From the NCBI GenBank assembly GCA_963677435.1, contig OY781945.1:1088001-1152000 (forward strand): 64,000 nt of DNA, written 5' to 3'. A model generated the notes under the pieces. The model searched no databases. It was not told where the DNA came from and was given only the letters and a program-made list of their open reading frames with translations. Every line of letters starts with the position of its first letter. Within the stretch, counting starts at the first letter, position 1. Position numbers and translations under genes: made by a program. This document shows positions 53,074 to 62,408 of this stretch, piece by piece. The stretch is from an uncultured Aliarcobacter sp. (lineage in GTDB: Bacteria; Campylobacterota; Campylobacteria; Campylobacterales; Arcobacteraceae).

Positions 53074-53408
53074 ATAGCACCTAGAACATAATAAATATGT
53101 TTATCATCTAGTTTTTGAAGTTTTACATTATATTTATCTGCCCAATGTAAAACTTCTTGATGAAACTCTTCTAATATTTCATCAGAATCATTTTCATCAC
53201 ATTTTATTTTTAAATGATTTGATTTATTTGATAGTCCAACATAAGCATTCATTTTTTTAAGATGATCATTTAGCGTAAAAATGTGTTTTGCAAATTTATC
53301 AAAATTTGTTGTCGATTCCATAATTTTTTCTGCTTGTTTTATTGAAGCTTCACTTTTTGAATACCCTAATTGAGATAATATTACTTCTGAAGATACATTT
53401 AATTGCAT
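53070..53408 (-). CDS. Hypothetical protein
   Basis: 112-aa ORF with AAGGA RBS; no motif recognised. Confidence 0.7.
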   Translation of the reverse strand: MQLNVSSEVILSQLGYSKSEASIKQAEKIMESTTNFDKFAKHIFTLNDHLKKMNAYVGLSNKSNHLKIKCDENDSDEILEEFHQEVLHWADKYNVKLQKLDDKHIYYVLGAI

Positions 53409-53582
53409 TTTAATCCTTTTAATTAATTATTATATATGTTATCAAAATTATTTTGAATAATAAATAAAAATATATATTTGTCTAAGTGCTAGTTGTATAA
53501 ATTATATTCAGTTACAAATAATATATGAATTTAAAAAATAGCTATGTTATAATCCTAGAAAATTTTAATACAAAGGTGAAAT

Positions 53583-53897
53583 ATGTCAGTTTTATTAGAA
53601 ATGTCAATGTTTCCAACAGATAAGAGTGAAAGTAAAAGTAAAGAAGTAGCTGAAGTTATAAAAATTATAAGGGATAGTGGTGTAACTTATCAATTAACAT
53701 CAATGGCAACTATTATTGAAACAAATACAATGTCAGAAGCTTTATCTTTGGCTGAAAAGTGTTATTCAAAATTAGAAGAGTTAGGTTGTAATAGAGTATA
53801 TGCTACTTTGAAATTTGATATTAGAGTAGGGCACGATAATAGATTAAAAACTAAAATAGAATCTGTTGAAAAACATATTGGTGAAGTTTCAAAATAA
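53583..53897 (+). CDS. MTH1187/YkoF thiamine-binding family protein
   Basis: MSMFP...SKSKEVA...YQLTSMATIIE...RV...KFDIR pattern. Confidence 0.85.
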   Translation: MSVLLEMSMFPTDKSESKSKEVAEVIKIIRDSGVTYQLTSMATIIETNTMSEALSLAEKCYSKLEELGCNRVYATLKFDIRVGHDNRLKTKIESVEKHIGEVSK

Positions 53898-53947
53898 ATT
53901 TAGATTAATTTCTAAATTTATTTTTAGATATTTGAATATCTTTTTAC

Positions 53948-54535
53948 TTAATTATTAAATAAAGATTGTGTTGTATCTTTATCATTACATTCATCTAAAG
54001 CTTTTAGTTTGAAAGTAAATCTATGCTCATCACTTCTTCCAAATTTTTTTATTGCATCAACATGGGCTTTTGTTCCATAACCTTTATGTTTAGAAAAATT
54101 ATAATTTGAATATTTTTCACTAATATCGCACATATATTTATCTCGTGAAACTTTTGCTAGGATTGAAGCTGCACTAACTTGTGGCACAGTTGCATCTGCT
54201 TTTATTTTACAATTAAGATTTTTTATTGCAAATGTAGTATTTCCATCCATCAAAAACTCATTACAATCATTTTTTAAATTATCCATTATTTCAATGATAG
54301 AGTTTTTTAAACACACACTAAGACCTAACTCATCAATAGTTTTAGCACTAGTAAATACAATATGATAATTTGATTTATCTTTTATTTGAGAAAAGAGTGC
54401 TTCTCTCTTTTTTTCACTTAAAACTTTTGAGTCATTTAATCCAACAATTTCTTCTTTTAAAACTACACCAGCTACAACTAAAGGACCAGCTAATGGACCT
54501 CTTCCTGCTTCATCAATACCACATAGTTTTAACAT
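53948..54535 (-). CDS. rnhB: Ribonuclease HII with element-supplied start
   Basis: GIDEAGRGPLAGP, LNDSK, AASILAKVSRD, KGYGT motifs. Confidence 0.97.
   Translation of the reverse strand: MLKLCGIDEAGRGPLAGPLVVAGVVLKEEIVGLNDSKVLSEKKREALFSQIKDKSNYHIVFTSAKTIDELGLSVCLKNSIIEIMDNLKNDCNEFLMDGNTTFAIKNLNCKIKADATVPQVSAASILAKVSRDKYMCDISEKYSNYNFSKHKGYGTKAHVDAIKKFGRSDEHRFTFKLKALDECNDKDTTQSLFNN
54505..54525 (+). repeat. Left att repeat of the rnhB element
   Basis: CTGCTTCATCAATACCACATA; 20/21 match to 58805-58825. Confidence 0.88.
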
Positions 54536-54641
54536 ATTTCTTAAACTCCTAAAAAGTTAAATCAAGTTCGATTAATAAGGACTTTATCAAACTTTATATA
54601 AAATTCAAGTTAAAGCATATTTAATCAACTTTTTACTTCTT

Positions 54642-54666
54642 TAGGTAGAAATAGAGTAGAAATGAA
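54642..54666 (+). repeat. Candidate integrase arm-binding repeat (left)
   Basis: TAGGTAGAAATAGAGTAGAAATGAA; 24/25 match to 58697-58721; contains tandem GTAGAAAT. Confidence 0.7.
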
Positions 54667-54735
54667 AACGCTTAAATATTGAATCTTTATTTTTGAAAGT
54701 ATAACTAAAATTTTATAAATGGATAAGGCTTTAAA

Positions 54736-55839
54736 ATGGCTATGATTAAAACAAAAAAAACTGGTGTTTATTATAATGAAACAGATGATAAGGACAAAGT
54801 TTATTATTTTACTTACAATGATATAACAGATAATAAAAAGAAGAAATGGATAAAAGTAGGTAAACATTCAGAGGGTATAAGAGAGATAAACGCTTTTAAT
54901 CTTAGGAATGAACAAATATCAAAAATGAGAAATGGGGAAGATATTACAGTCATAGCTATTAAGAAGAAAAAAGAATTAATAACTCTTGATACTTTAGCTG
55001 ATAGATATTTTGAGGATAGAAAATCAACAAATGAAAGAAAACAAAAATATACTAATCATATAAAGCCACTCATAGGAAATAAACAAATAGAAAATATTAC
55101 AAAGGTAGATATAAAAAAAGTTGTTGATAGTGTTATAGATTTAGGGCGTTCAAATGGAACAGCAAACAGCGTTTTATCTTTAATATCAACAATAATAAAT
55201 CATAGTATTAAACACCACGATTTTACAAAAGCGAATCCTTGCATAGGGGTTTCAAAACTCAAAGATGATAATAAAAGAGAAAGATTTTTAACAACTGATG
55301 AAATAAAAAAACTCAAAGATGAGGTAAAAGAAAACTTTTTTGTAAATCTATTTGTAGAATTTGCATTATGTACGGGTGGAAGATTAGAAACGATTTTACA
55401 CATTCAAAAAAAAGATATTGATTTAGTAAATAAAACTGTAAACCTCAACAATCTAAAAACTAAAAAAAGATATATGGGCTTTTTGCAAGATGATTTAATA
55501 TCAATATTAAGTGAATATTTACCCTTATTAAATGCGAATGATTATGTAGTTACACAAAAGGGCTTACAAGAAAAAAAAGCAGAATTTAAACAGATACATA
55601 GAAGATTAAAACCCATATTAGATAGGTTATTTAACAAAGGGCTTAAAGATGATGATACAATCAACAGAACTGTAATACATACCCTAAGACATAGTTTTGC
55701 TTCACACCTTGCAATAAATGGAACTCCAATATTTACTATTCAAAAACTGATGAATCATAGCGACATAAAGCAAACTTTGAGATATGCAAAATTAGCCCCT
55801 GATAGTGGTAAAATCAATGTACAAGGATTATATAAATGA
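54736..55839 (+). CDS. Tyrosine integrase with N-terminal arm-binding-like domain
   Basis: TGGRLETI (R), LKT (K), HTLRH, MNH, RYA (Y). Confidence 0.93.
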   Translation: MAMIKTKKTGVYYNETDDKDKVYYFTYNDITDNKKKKWIKVGKHSEGIREINAFNLRNEQISKMRNGEDITVIAIKKKKELITLDTLADRYFEDRKSTNERKQKYTNHIKPLIGNKQIENITKVDIKKVVDSVIDLGRSNGTANSVLSLISTIINHSIKHHDFTKANPCIGVSKLKDDNKRERFLTTDEIKKLKDEVKENFFVNLFVEFALCTGGRLETILHIQKKDIDLVNKTVNLNNLKTKKRYMGFLQDDLISILSEYLPLLNANDYVVTQKGLQEKKAEFKQIHRRLKPILDRLFNKGLKDDDTINRTVIHTLRHSFASHLAINGTPIFTIQKLMNHSDIKQTLRYAKLAPDSGKINVQGLYK

Positions 55840-56336
55840 AATCAAGAGATGAGCAAATAAAAGAAAAAATAGAATCTTATATAAATCAATTAAGATATAA
55901 ATTACCTGAAAAAGATATTAATTATTTAATAGAACAATCGCCTAAACTATTCACTCTAAAAACTATTGATGATAAAAATATAATGTTCTCATTTTTTGAA
56001 TATCTAACAGAATATTATAAAAATAGTGTGTCTTTTATGTATAAAATATTAGCTGAAAAGACAACTACAAATAAAAGAGATAAAAAAGAAAATGCAATAA
56101 AAGGAGCTAATGCAATTATTGATTATTTGGGTGGTATATATTCAAATAATGAAAATACAAGAGAATTAAAATTAATGTTAAGAGATTTTATGGGAAATCC
56201 TGAAAAATATAAAAATAAAACTATTACTCATACAATAACAAAAGATGATTTAAGAAGTGAATTAAGAAAAATCATTCCTAATAAATCAACTGAAATAGAT
56301 GAGTTTATAAAAGGATTAGAAAAATTTCAAATTTAA
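55836..56336 (+). CDS. Hypothetical protein coupled to the integrase
   Basis: ATGA overlap with the integrase stop; no motif recognised. Confidence 0.7.
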   Translation: MKSRDEQIKEKIESYINQLRYKLPEKDINYLIEQSPKLFTLKTIDDKNIMFSFFEYLTEYYKNSVSFMYKILAEKTTTNKRDKKENAIKGANAIIDYLGGIYSNNENTRELKLMLRDFMGNPEKYKNKTITHTITKDDLRSELRKIIPNKSTEIDEFIKGLEKFQI

Positions 56337-56555
56337 TTTTTAGTACAAAAAAAATAACAGCCCTTATAATAATACTTTGAGCTTTCAATGTAGAAAAATC
56401 GACATTTAGCCCTCAAAAATAATCATTTAGCCCTTAAATAAATTCAAATAAACTTCTATCAGTTGCAACCAAGTTCACAAATTTAAAACAAAGTGAACTT
56501 TTAAATCTTAAGCTTAAGTCCTTTTATCGGTGGGTAATTGATAGAAAGATTTATT

Positions 56556-56807
56556 ATGAAACTTTTAACAGATGAACAAAAAGAATTATATAGTTTATTG
56601 TTCAAAGAATATAAAAAAGTACAGTTGAGCCAAAAAGAGGCTTCAAAAATTTTAGGTGTTTCAATCGCTACATTATATAGATTAAGGGAATCAGGTGTCG
56701 GAATTAGCTATAAAAAGTTAGATAGTTTAGGTAAAAACGGCACGATAGTTTATCCACTCCAAGAGATAGTTAGATATTTGACTGAATCAAATATTAAAAC
56801 GGCTTAA
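56556..56807 (+). CDS. HTH DNA-binding protein (AlpA/excisionase-like)
   Basis: LSQKEASKILGVSIATLYRLRESG...IVYPLQEIVRYL winged-HTH pattern; ATG at 56556 preferred. Confidence 0.8.
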   Translation: MKLLTDEQKELYSLLFKEYKKVQLSQKEASKILGVSIATLYRLRESGVGISYKKLDSLGKNGTIVYPLQEIVRYLTESNIKTA

Positions 56808-56817
56808 GGGGTTAAAA

Positions 56818-57081
56818 ATGGATAACTTCTTAAAAAAACAACTTTATGTATGGACTTATGAAAAAATAAAATCTAATCCTAAGAAATTTGGAGGGGATTT
56901 TTCAAACTCTTTAATTATGTATGAATATCTAAAAGATTTTTATAATGATTTTACAGTTTATGAATTAGAACCTCAATTAATGAGTATATTATCAACAATA
57001 TCAAGGATTAAAAATAAGTTACTTGAAAAGAATCCTCATTTTGATTTTAGAGTTAAATATAAAGCTAAAAAGAGGGGTTAA
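56818..57081 (+). CDS. Hypothetical protein of the mini-element
   Basis: 87-aa ORF with AAGGGG RBS. Confidence 0.7.
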   Translation: MDNFLKKQLYVWTYEKIKSNPKKFGGDFSNSLIMYEYLKDFYNDFTVYELEPQLMSILSTISRIKNKLLEKNPHFDFRVKYKAKKRG

Positions 57082-57152
57082 GCTTCAAAAAAATACCCCT
57101 TATTAAGTAATATCAAGTTAAATCATATTACTATGAATAAATATAACAGAAA

Positions 57153-57187
57153 TAGCATAAAGCCCCTATATCGTGGGGCTTATGTTA
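57153..57187. other. GC-rich hairpin upstream of the Rep-like gene (candidate nick site or origin)
   Basis: TAGCATAAAGCCCC-tatatcgt-GGGGCTTATGTTA inverted repeat in otherwise AT-rich DNA. Confidence 0.4.
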
Positions 57188-57241
57188 GTATTGAAATAAC
57201 ACTTTAAGAATAGGAGTTCTTAATATGAGAGTAATTATACA

Positions 57242-57913
57242 ATGAATACACTTCAAGAATTAGAGAACTTTATTAATGAATTTAATCAAAATAATAATGA
57301 AGATTTTTCAATAGATACAGTAAGGATAGATTTTAGTAAACAGCATAAAAAAGAAAATTTGGAACAGTTGGGAAGTTGGAAAAAGATAAATAAGAATGAT
57401 AAAAAAATAATGGCTAAACTCAAAAAGAGATTAACACTTGATGAGGTTACAAGTGCGTATCAATTAGAAAATTATAATATCTACTATTACAACAGCAACA
57501 AGGACAAACCAAAATATAGAATCGCTACAATGGTTATATTTGGATTAAAACAGTATCACAAAGAGCCACCACCTCAAAATATAGTTACGAAAATATTATC
57601 TATCCTCAAAGATATAACTAATATAGATTTATGTTTTGATATGAAGCAAAAACCAAACTTAGAGAGATTGAAAAAGAATTTTGAATTAAAAAGATATTTT
57701 GATAAAAAAATAAGAGTTTATACAGATACTTATTATATCAATGATACAAATATTTTAATGATAGATAAAATCACTATTTACAACAAGGCTATTAAAAACA
57801 ATTTAGAGGGTATCTTATACAGAATTGAAGCGACTATTTCAATTCCTAATATAAAATATTTAGCTTTACCACTTTATGAGTTTAAACAAATTACAGATTT
57901 AGCAAAAAGGTAA
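57242..57913 (+). CDS. Putative Rep_trans-like rolling-circle initiator/relaxase
   Basis: Motif order IDTVR...TNIDLCFD...TYYIN...ITIYNK...YRIE parallels Rep_trans RxDxAxD / TxYxG / IYxK / RxE. Confidence 0.5.
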   Translation: MNTLQELENFINEFNQNNNEDFSIDTVRIDFSKQHKKENLEQLGSWKKINKNDKKIMAKLKKRLTLDEVTSAYQLENYNIYYYNSNKDKPKYRIATMVIFGLKQYHKEPPPQNIVTKILSILKDITNIDLCFDMKQKPNLERLKKNFELKRYFDKKIRVYTDTYYINDTNILMIDKITIYNKAIKNNLEGILYRIEATISIPNIKYLALPLYEFKQITDLAKR

Positions 57914-57916
57914 TAA

Positions 57917-58039
57917 ATGACTAAGCAACAAGTAGAACAAAAGATAAAAGAGATAATTTTAAAAGATGATAGATTTAAAAATGCAACTATTGAAATTAAA
58001 TTCAAACAAAAGAAGATTAAGAAAAAAGAAAACTCATAG
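57917..58039 (+). CDS. Small basic hypothetical protein (40 aa)
   Basis: AAAAGG RBS; ATG starts 4 nt after the Rep-like stop; MTKQQVEQKIKEIILKDDRF...; below the ORF-track cutoff. Confidence 0.45.
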   Translation: MTKQQVEQKIKEIILKDDRFKNATIEIKFKQKKIKKKENS

Positions 58040-58696
58040 CCTTAGAGTTCAATCTCTTTGGTTATTGATACCCAAGGGGTGTTTAGAATATCTACAATAA
58101 TTAAAAGTAAAAATATCTGTGCTTTAATCTAACACATAGGGAGCATATACCTGTAAACTACACCTGTAAACTCAACACTATAAAAACATAGTATTTAACC
58201 ATCTACAAATTAGCATAAAATCAGTATTAAACACTAATAAAACATAGCATTTATTAGATTTAGTTTACATCTTTGAAGCTTCACAAATTTGTAAATAGTA
58301 AATATTCATAATATGGAAAAAATCATATTATAAATTGAAATGGACAAAATAGACACTTTAAAAGATACGCTCAAATTTGAGCTGAACTAATTTATATTTA
58401 TGACCTAAGTAGTAATGACCCCATAAGCTAAATTTTATTATTTCAAATATTTAAGTATTTCCACACTCTAACGATTTGTTATATCGGTATTAATCACTCA
58501 TAATTGAAGCACAAAGCAAAAAGAAGTTTTATTCATTTTCTTATGGATTAGATTATATTTTGAAGATTTGAAAGAGTATATCAATTTTAAAGGGTATCAT
58601 TTAAAATGAAATGGTAGCAACTGGAACAAAAAGAAGATTAAAAAGTTTATTTTCAAAATGATAAAAAGTAGGTAGAAAATATCAAAAATTGATATA

Positions 58697-58721
58697 TAGG
58701 TAGAAATAGGGTAGAAATGAA
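58697..58721 (+). repeat. Candidate integrase arm-binding repeat (right)
   Basis: TAGGTAGAAATAGGGTAGAAATGAA; an extra single TAGGTAGAAA at 58669-58678. Confidence 0.7.
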
Positions 58722-58790
58722 CTTAAATAATAAAGCTTAAAGAAGTATATAAATCCCTTTTTATAGTACTTATATGGATATTTAGAATAA

Positions 58791-58829
58791 TTAAAGGAAT
58801 AAATCTGCTTCATCAATTCCACATAACAT
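58791..58829 (-). pseudogene. rnhB: Orphaned original 5' end of rnhB, containing the right att repeat (58805-58825)
   Basis: Minus strand reads MLCGIDEA then DLFL-stop, preceded by an AAAAGGA RBS. Confidence 0.85.
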
Positions 58830-58902
58830 ATAAAATAAGTCCTTTTAATATTATAATAATTTAGTATATAATATCTATTATAAATTTATTATGTGAAATT
58901 AA

Positions 58903-58932
58903 CTTGACAAACATTGACTCAAGTGCTATAAT
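58903..58932 (+). promoter_or_regulatory. clpB sigma70 promoter overlapped by an HspR operator (HAIR)
   Basis: TTGACA (58904) - 17 nt - TATAAT (58927) with extended TG. CTTGAca-N7-ACTCAAG (58903-58923) versus HAIR consensus CTTGAGT-N7-ACTCAAG. Confidence 0.8.
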
Positions 58933-58964
58933 TTGTTAGCAGTTAAAACAAAGGAGTGCTAATA

Positions 58965-61541
58965 ATGGAAAAAATTTTTGAAAAACTAACAAATCAATTG
59001 ACAGAAACAATAGACTCAGGTGTAGCTTTGGCTTTACATAACAAAAACCAAGAGGTTGAAGTTATACACTTAATTTGGGCATTACTAACAAATACAAATT
59101 CTGTTCTGAATCAATTATTAAATAAAATGAATGTAAATAAAGCAGCAGTTGAACTTGAAGCAAAATCACATGCACAAAAACTTTCAAGTGTTTCAAGTGT
59201 AACTAAAGAGAATATAAAACTATCAAGAAATATACTTTCTTCATTACAAAAAGCAGAAGGTTTAATGACAAGTTTCGGAGATAAGTTTATTGCTGTTGAT
59301 ACTTGGCTTATTTCGAATTTCGATTCACAAATAATAAAAGATGTATTAGGAAAATATATCGATTTAAGAGAAGCAAAAAAAGAACTTGAAGCTATGAGAG
59401 CTGGAAAAACAATAGACAGTTCAAGTAGTGATGAAAATTTAGAAGCTTTAAATAAATATGGAATAGATTTAAATAAAAAAGCTATTGATGGTGAGCTTGA
59501 TCCAGTTATTGGAAGAGATGAACAAATCAATAGAATGATGCAAATTTTAATTAGAAAAACAAAAAACAACCCAATACTTTTAGGAGAGCCAGGAACTGGA
59601 AAAACTGCAATTGCTGAAGGTCTTGCCCAAAGAATTGTAAATAAAGAAGTTCCAACTTCTCTACTTAATAAAAGAGTTGTAACATTAGATATGAGTGCTA
59701 TGATTGCAGGTGCTAAATATAGAGGCGAGTTTGAAGATAGATTAAAATCAGTTATAGATGAAGTAAAAAAAGCTGGAAATATCATACTATTTATTGATGA
59801 AATTCACACAATCATAGGTGCAGGTGCAAGTGAAGGTTCTATGGATGCAGCAAATATTTTAAAACCATCTCTTGCAAGGGGTGAATTACATACTATTGGT
59901 GCAACAACACTAAAAGAGTATAGAAAATATTTTGAAAAAGATGCAGCAATGCAAAGAAGATTTCAACCAGTTAAAGTTGATGAGCCAACAGTTAATGAAG
60001 CTTTACAAATTTTAAGAGGAATAAAAGAGAAACTTGAAACTCATCATAATGTTACTATAAATGATAGTGCATTAGTTGCAGCTGCAAAATTATCAAATAG
60101 ATATATAACCGATAGATTCTTACCAGATAAAGCAATTGACTTAATAGATGAAGCAGCAGCTGAACTTAAAATGCAAATCGAATCAGAACCAAATGCCCTT
60201 TCATCAATTAAAAGAGAGATTCAAACTTTAAATGTAGAAAAAGAAGCTCTTAAAATGGAAGAGGGCAAAAAAAATGATGAGAGAATTGTAGAAATAGAAA
60301 AAGAGCTAGCAGATAAAAATGAAGAAAAACAAAATTTAGAAGCTAGATTTGCAAATGAAAAAGCAACTTTTAATACTACAAGTGAATTAAAAATAAAAAT
60401 TGATGAGCTAAAAAACAAAGCAAATATTGCAAAACGAGAATCTAACTTTGAAAAAGCAGCTCAAATAGAGTATGGAGAAATTCCAACTTTAGAAGCAAAA
60501 ATAAAAGAGAATGAAGAAAAATGGAAAAGAATGCAAAAAGAGGGAACTCTTTTACGAAACTCAGTTGATGAAGAAGCAATTGCCAGCATAGTTTCAAGAT
60601 GGACTGGAATTCCAGTTAATAAAATGATGGATAGTGAAAAACAAAAAATCTTAATGGTAGAAGAAGTTCTAAAAAAAGATGTAATAGGTCAAGATGAAGC
60701 ACTAAAAGCAATTAGCAGAGCTATAAAAAGAAATAAAGCAGGACTAAGTGAAGCAAATAGACCAATTGGATCTTTCTTATTTTTAGGACCAACAGGAGTT
60801 GGAAAAACTGAAAGTGCAAAAACTTTAGCAAAATTCTTATTTGATGATCTAAAATCACTTATTAGATTTGATATGAGTGAATATATGGAAAAACATGCAG
60901 TTTCAAGATTAGTAGGAGCAGCTCCAGGTTATATTGGATATGAAGAGGGTGGACAATTAACAGAAGCTGTTAGAAGAAAACCATATAGTGTAATTTTATT
61001 TGATGAGGTTGAAAAAGCTCATCCTGATGTATTTAATATTCTATTACAAGTTTTAGATGATGGAAGATTAACTGATAACAAAGGTGTTACAGTTGATTTT
61101 AAAAATACAATTATTATTTTAACTTCAAATATTGGAAGTGCAAGAATTATTGAAATTAATGATAAAGATGAAAGAAGAAAAGCTGTTTTAAATGAATTAA
61201 AAAATCATTTTAGACCTGAATTTTTAAATAGATTAGATGATATTGTTATTTTTGAACAATTAAATTTAGAAGCAATTACAAATATTGTAGATATTTTATT
61301 TAATAATATTAAGAAAAAAGTTGAAGAAAAAGATATACAAATTTCTTTAACAGCAAATGCAAAAGAGTATATTGCAAAAATTGGATTTGATCCAGTTTAT
61401 GGTGCAAGACCTCTAAAAAGAGCCATTTATGAGATAGTTGAAGACAAATTAGCTGATTTAATTTTAGAAGATAAAATAGGTGAGGGAAGTATAATTGAGT
61501 TTGATGTTGTGGATAATGAAGTGATTGTAAAGATTAACTAA
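58965..61541 (+). CDS. clpB: Chaperone ClpB
   Basis: Two AAA+ modules ([16 protein letters not shown]) and a long coiled-coil middle domain; ATG at 58965 follows an AAGGAG RBS. Confidence 0.96.
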   Translation: MEKIFEKLTNQLTETIDSGVALALHNKNQEVEVIHLIWALLTNTNSVLNQLLNKMNVNKAAVELEAKSHAQKLSSVSSVTKENIKLSRNILSSLQKAEGLMTSFGDKFIAVDTWLISNFDSQIIKDVLGKYIDLREAKKELEAMRAGKTIDSSSSDENLEALNKYGIDLNKKAIDGELDPVIGRDEQINRMMQILIRKTKNNPILLGEPGTGKTAIAEGLAQRIVNKEVPTSLLNKRVVTLDMSAMIAGAKYRGEFEDRLKSVIDEVKKAGNIILFIDEIHTIIGAGASEGSMDAANILKPSLARGELHTIGATTLKEYRKYFEKDAAMQRRFQPVKVDEPTVNEALQILRGIKEKLETHHNVTINDSALVAAAKLSNRYITDRFLPDKAIDLIDEAAAELKMQIESEPNALSSIKREIQTLNVEKEALKMEEGKKNDERIVEIEKELADKNEEKQNLEARFANEKATFNTTSELKIKIDELKNKANIAKRESNFEKAAQIEYGEIPTLEAKIKENEEKWKRMQKEGTLLRNSVDEEAIASIVSRWTGIPVNKMMDSEKQKILMVEEVLKKDVIGQDEALKAISRAIKRNKAGLSEANRPIGSFLFLGPTGVGKTESAKTLAKFLFDDLKSLIRFDMSEYMEKHAVSRLVGAAPGYIGYEEGGQLTEAVRRKPYSVILFDEVEKAHPDVFNILLQVLDDGRLTDNKGVTVDFKNTIIILTSNIGSARIIEINDKDERRKAVLNELKNHFRPEFLNRLDDIVIFEQLNLEAITNIVDILFNNIKKKVEEKDIQISLTANAKEYIAKIGFDPVYGARPLKRAIYEIVEDKLADLILEDKIGEGSIIEFDVVDNEVIVKIN

Positions 61542-61606
61542 AGAATATTTAAGTAAATTTTAACTATAATCTCCAACTTATTTAGTGAATATAGAGGAAA
61601 TCTAAG

Positions 61607-61741
61607 ATGAAAAGAACGTATCAACCGCACAATACTCCAAGAAAAAGAACTCACGGGTTCAGAGTAAGAATGGCTACTAAAAATGGTAGAAGAGTAATTA
61701 ACGCAAGAAGAGCTAAAGGTAGACATAAATTAGCTGTTTAA
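61607..61741 (+). CDS. rpmH: 50S ribosomal protein L34
   Basis: [44 protein letters not shown]; not in the ORF track. Confidence 0.97.
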   Translation: MKRTYQPHNTPRKRTHGFRVRMATKNGRRVINARRAKGRHKLAV

Positions 61742-62064
61742 ACAAAGAACATCGACTTAACAGTTCGAGAGACTTTAACAAACTATATAAAAGCGGCAAA
61801 AGATGGCATACTACCAGCTTTGTCGCTTTTTTTAGTTCTAGCACTACACTAAAGGCTGCTTTTGTTACTTCCAAAAAAGTTGGAAATGCAGTAAATAGAA
61901 ATAAAGCAAGAAGAAGAATGCGTGCTTTATTTGCTTCCTATGAACAACAATTAGTAATTGGTAATTATATATTTGTTGCAAAAATAACCCTACATGATAA
62001 AACTTTTTTAGAATTAAAAAAAGATTTTGACTTCGCATTGAAAAGATTAGAAGTTTTAAAATGA
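61729..62064 (+). CDS. rnpA: Ribonuclease P protein component (probable ATT start)
   Basis: 111-codon frame with RL...F..LY and [18 protein letters not shown] (RNR motif), between rpmH and yidD. Confidence 0.9.
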   Translation: MSCLNKEHRLNSSRDFNKLYKSGKRWHTTSFVAFFSSSTTLKAAFVTSKKVGNAVNRNKARRRMRALFASYEQQLVIGNYIFVAKITLHDKTFLELKKDFDFALKRLEVLK

Positions 62065-62408
62065 AAACAATTTTTAAATATTTGATACGATTTTATCAAA
62101 AATATTTAACAATTTTAGCCTTTGGATCATGTAGATATTACCCAACATGTTCACAATATGCATTATGGCAATTGGACAACAATACTTTTTTTAAGGCGAT
62201 TTATTTTACAATAACGCGAATATTAAAGTGTAATCAACTTTTTGCTGGCGGATTTGACTATCCAATCATAAAGTTAAAAGCAAATCAAAATATCAATTTT
62301 GGAAATATTAAAATAAAATATTGGTATATTCCATTGAAAAATGGTAAGTATTTAGTAGTAAAGAATCGGGAGTGGAAAAAAAAGAATGAACAACATGAAT
62401 CAAAATAA
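62061..62408 (+). CDS. yidD: Membrane protein insertion efficiency factor
   Basis: CRYYPTCSQY and RILKCN...GGFDYP motifs; synteny. Confidence 0.93.
   Translation: MKTIFKYLIRFYQKYLTILAFGSCRYYPTCSQYALWQLDNNTFFKAIYFTITRILKCNQLFAGGFDYPIIKLKANQNINFGNIKIKYWYIPLKNGKYLVVKNREWKKKNEQHESK

Larger units (their letters stand above)
54505..58825. mobile_element. Minimal integrative element (~4.3 kb) in the 5' end of rnhB
   Basis: Flanking att repeats, paired arm repeats, intact integrase, HTH excisionase-like gene and Rep-like gene. Confidence 0.9.

Noticed and set aside
14403..55403. Other 60-106 aa ORFs nested in or antisense to recognised genes (14403, 14934, 18702, 21206, 21731, 25291, 28609, 28655, 30083, 30478, 31471, 35978, 39755, 40418, 44172, 45150, 45170, 47867, 54370, 54625, 55200)
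   Set aside because: They largely overlap well-supported genes and have no recognisable motifs.
59111..60418. 224-aa and 65-aa ORFs antisense to clpB
   Set aside because: Mirror-frame shadows of a conserved gene.
61538..61726. 62-aa minus-strand ORF
   Set aside because: Antisense to rpmH.
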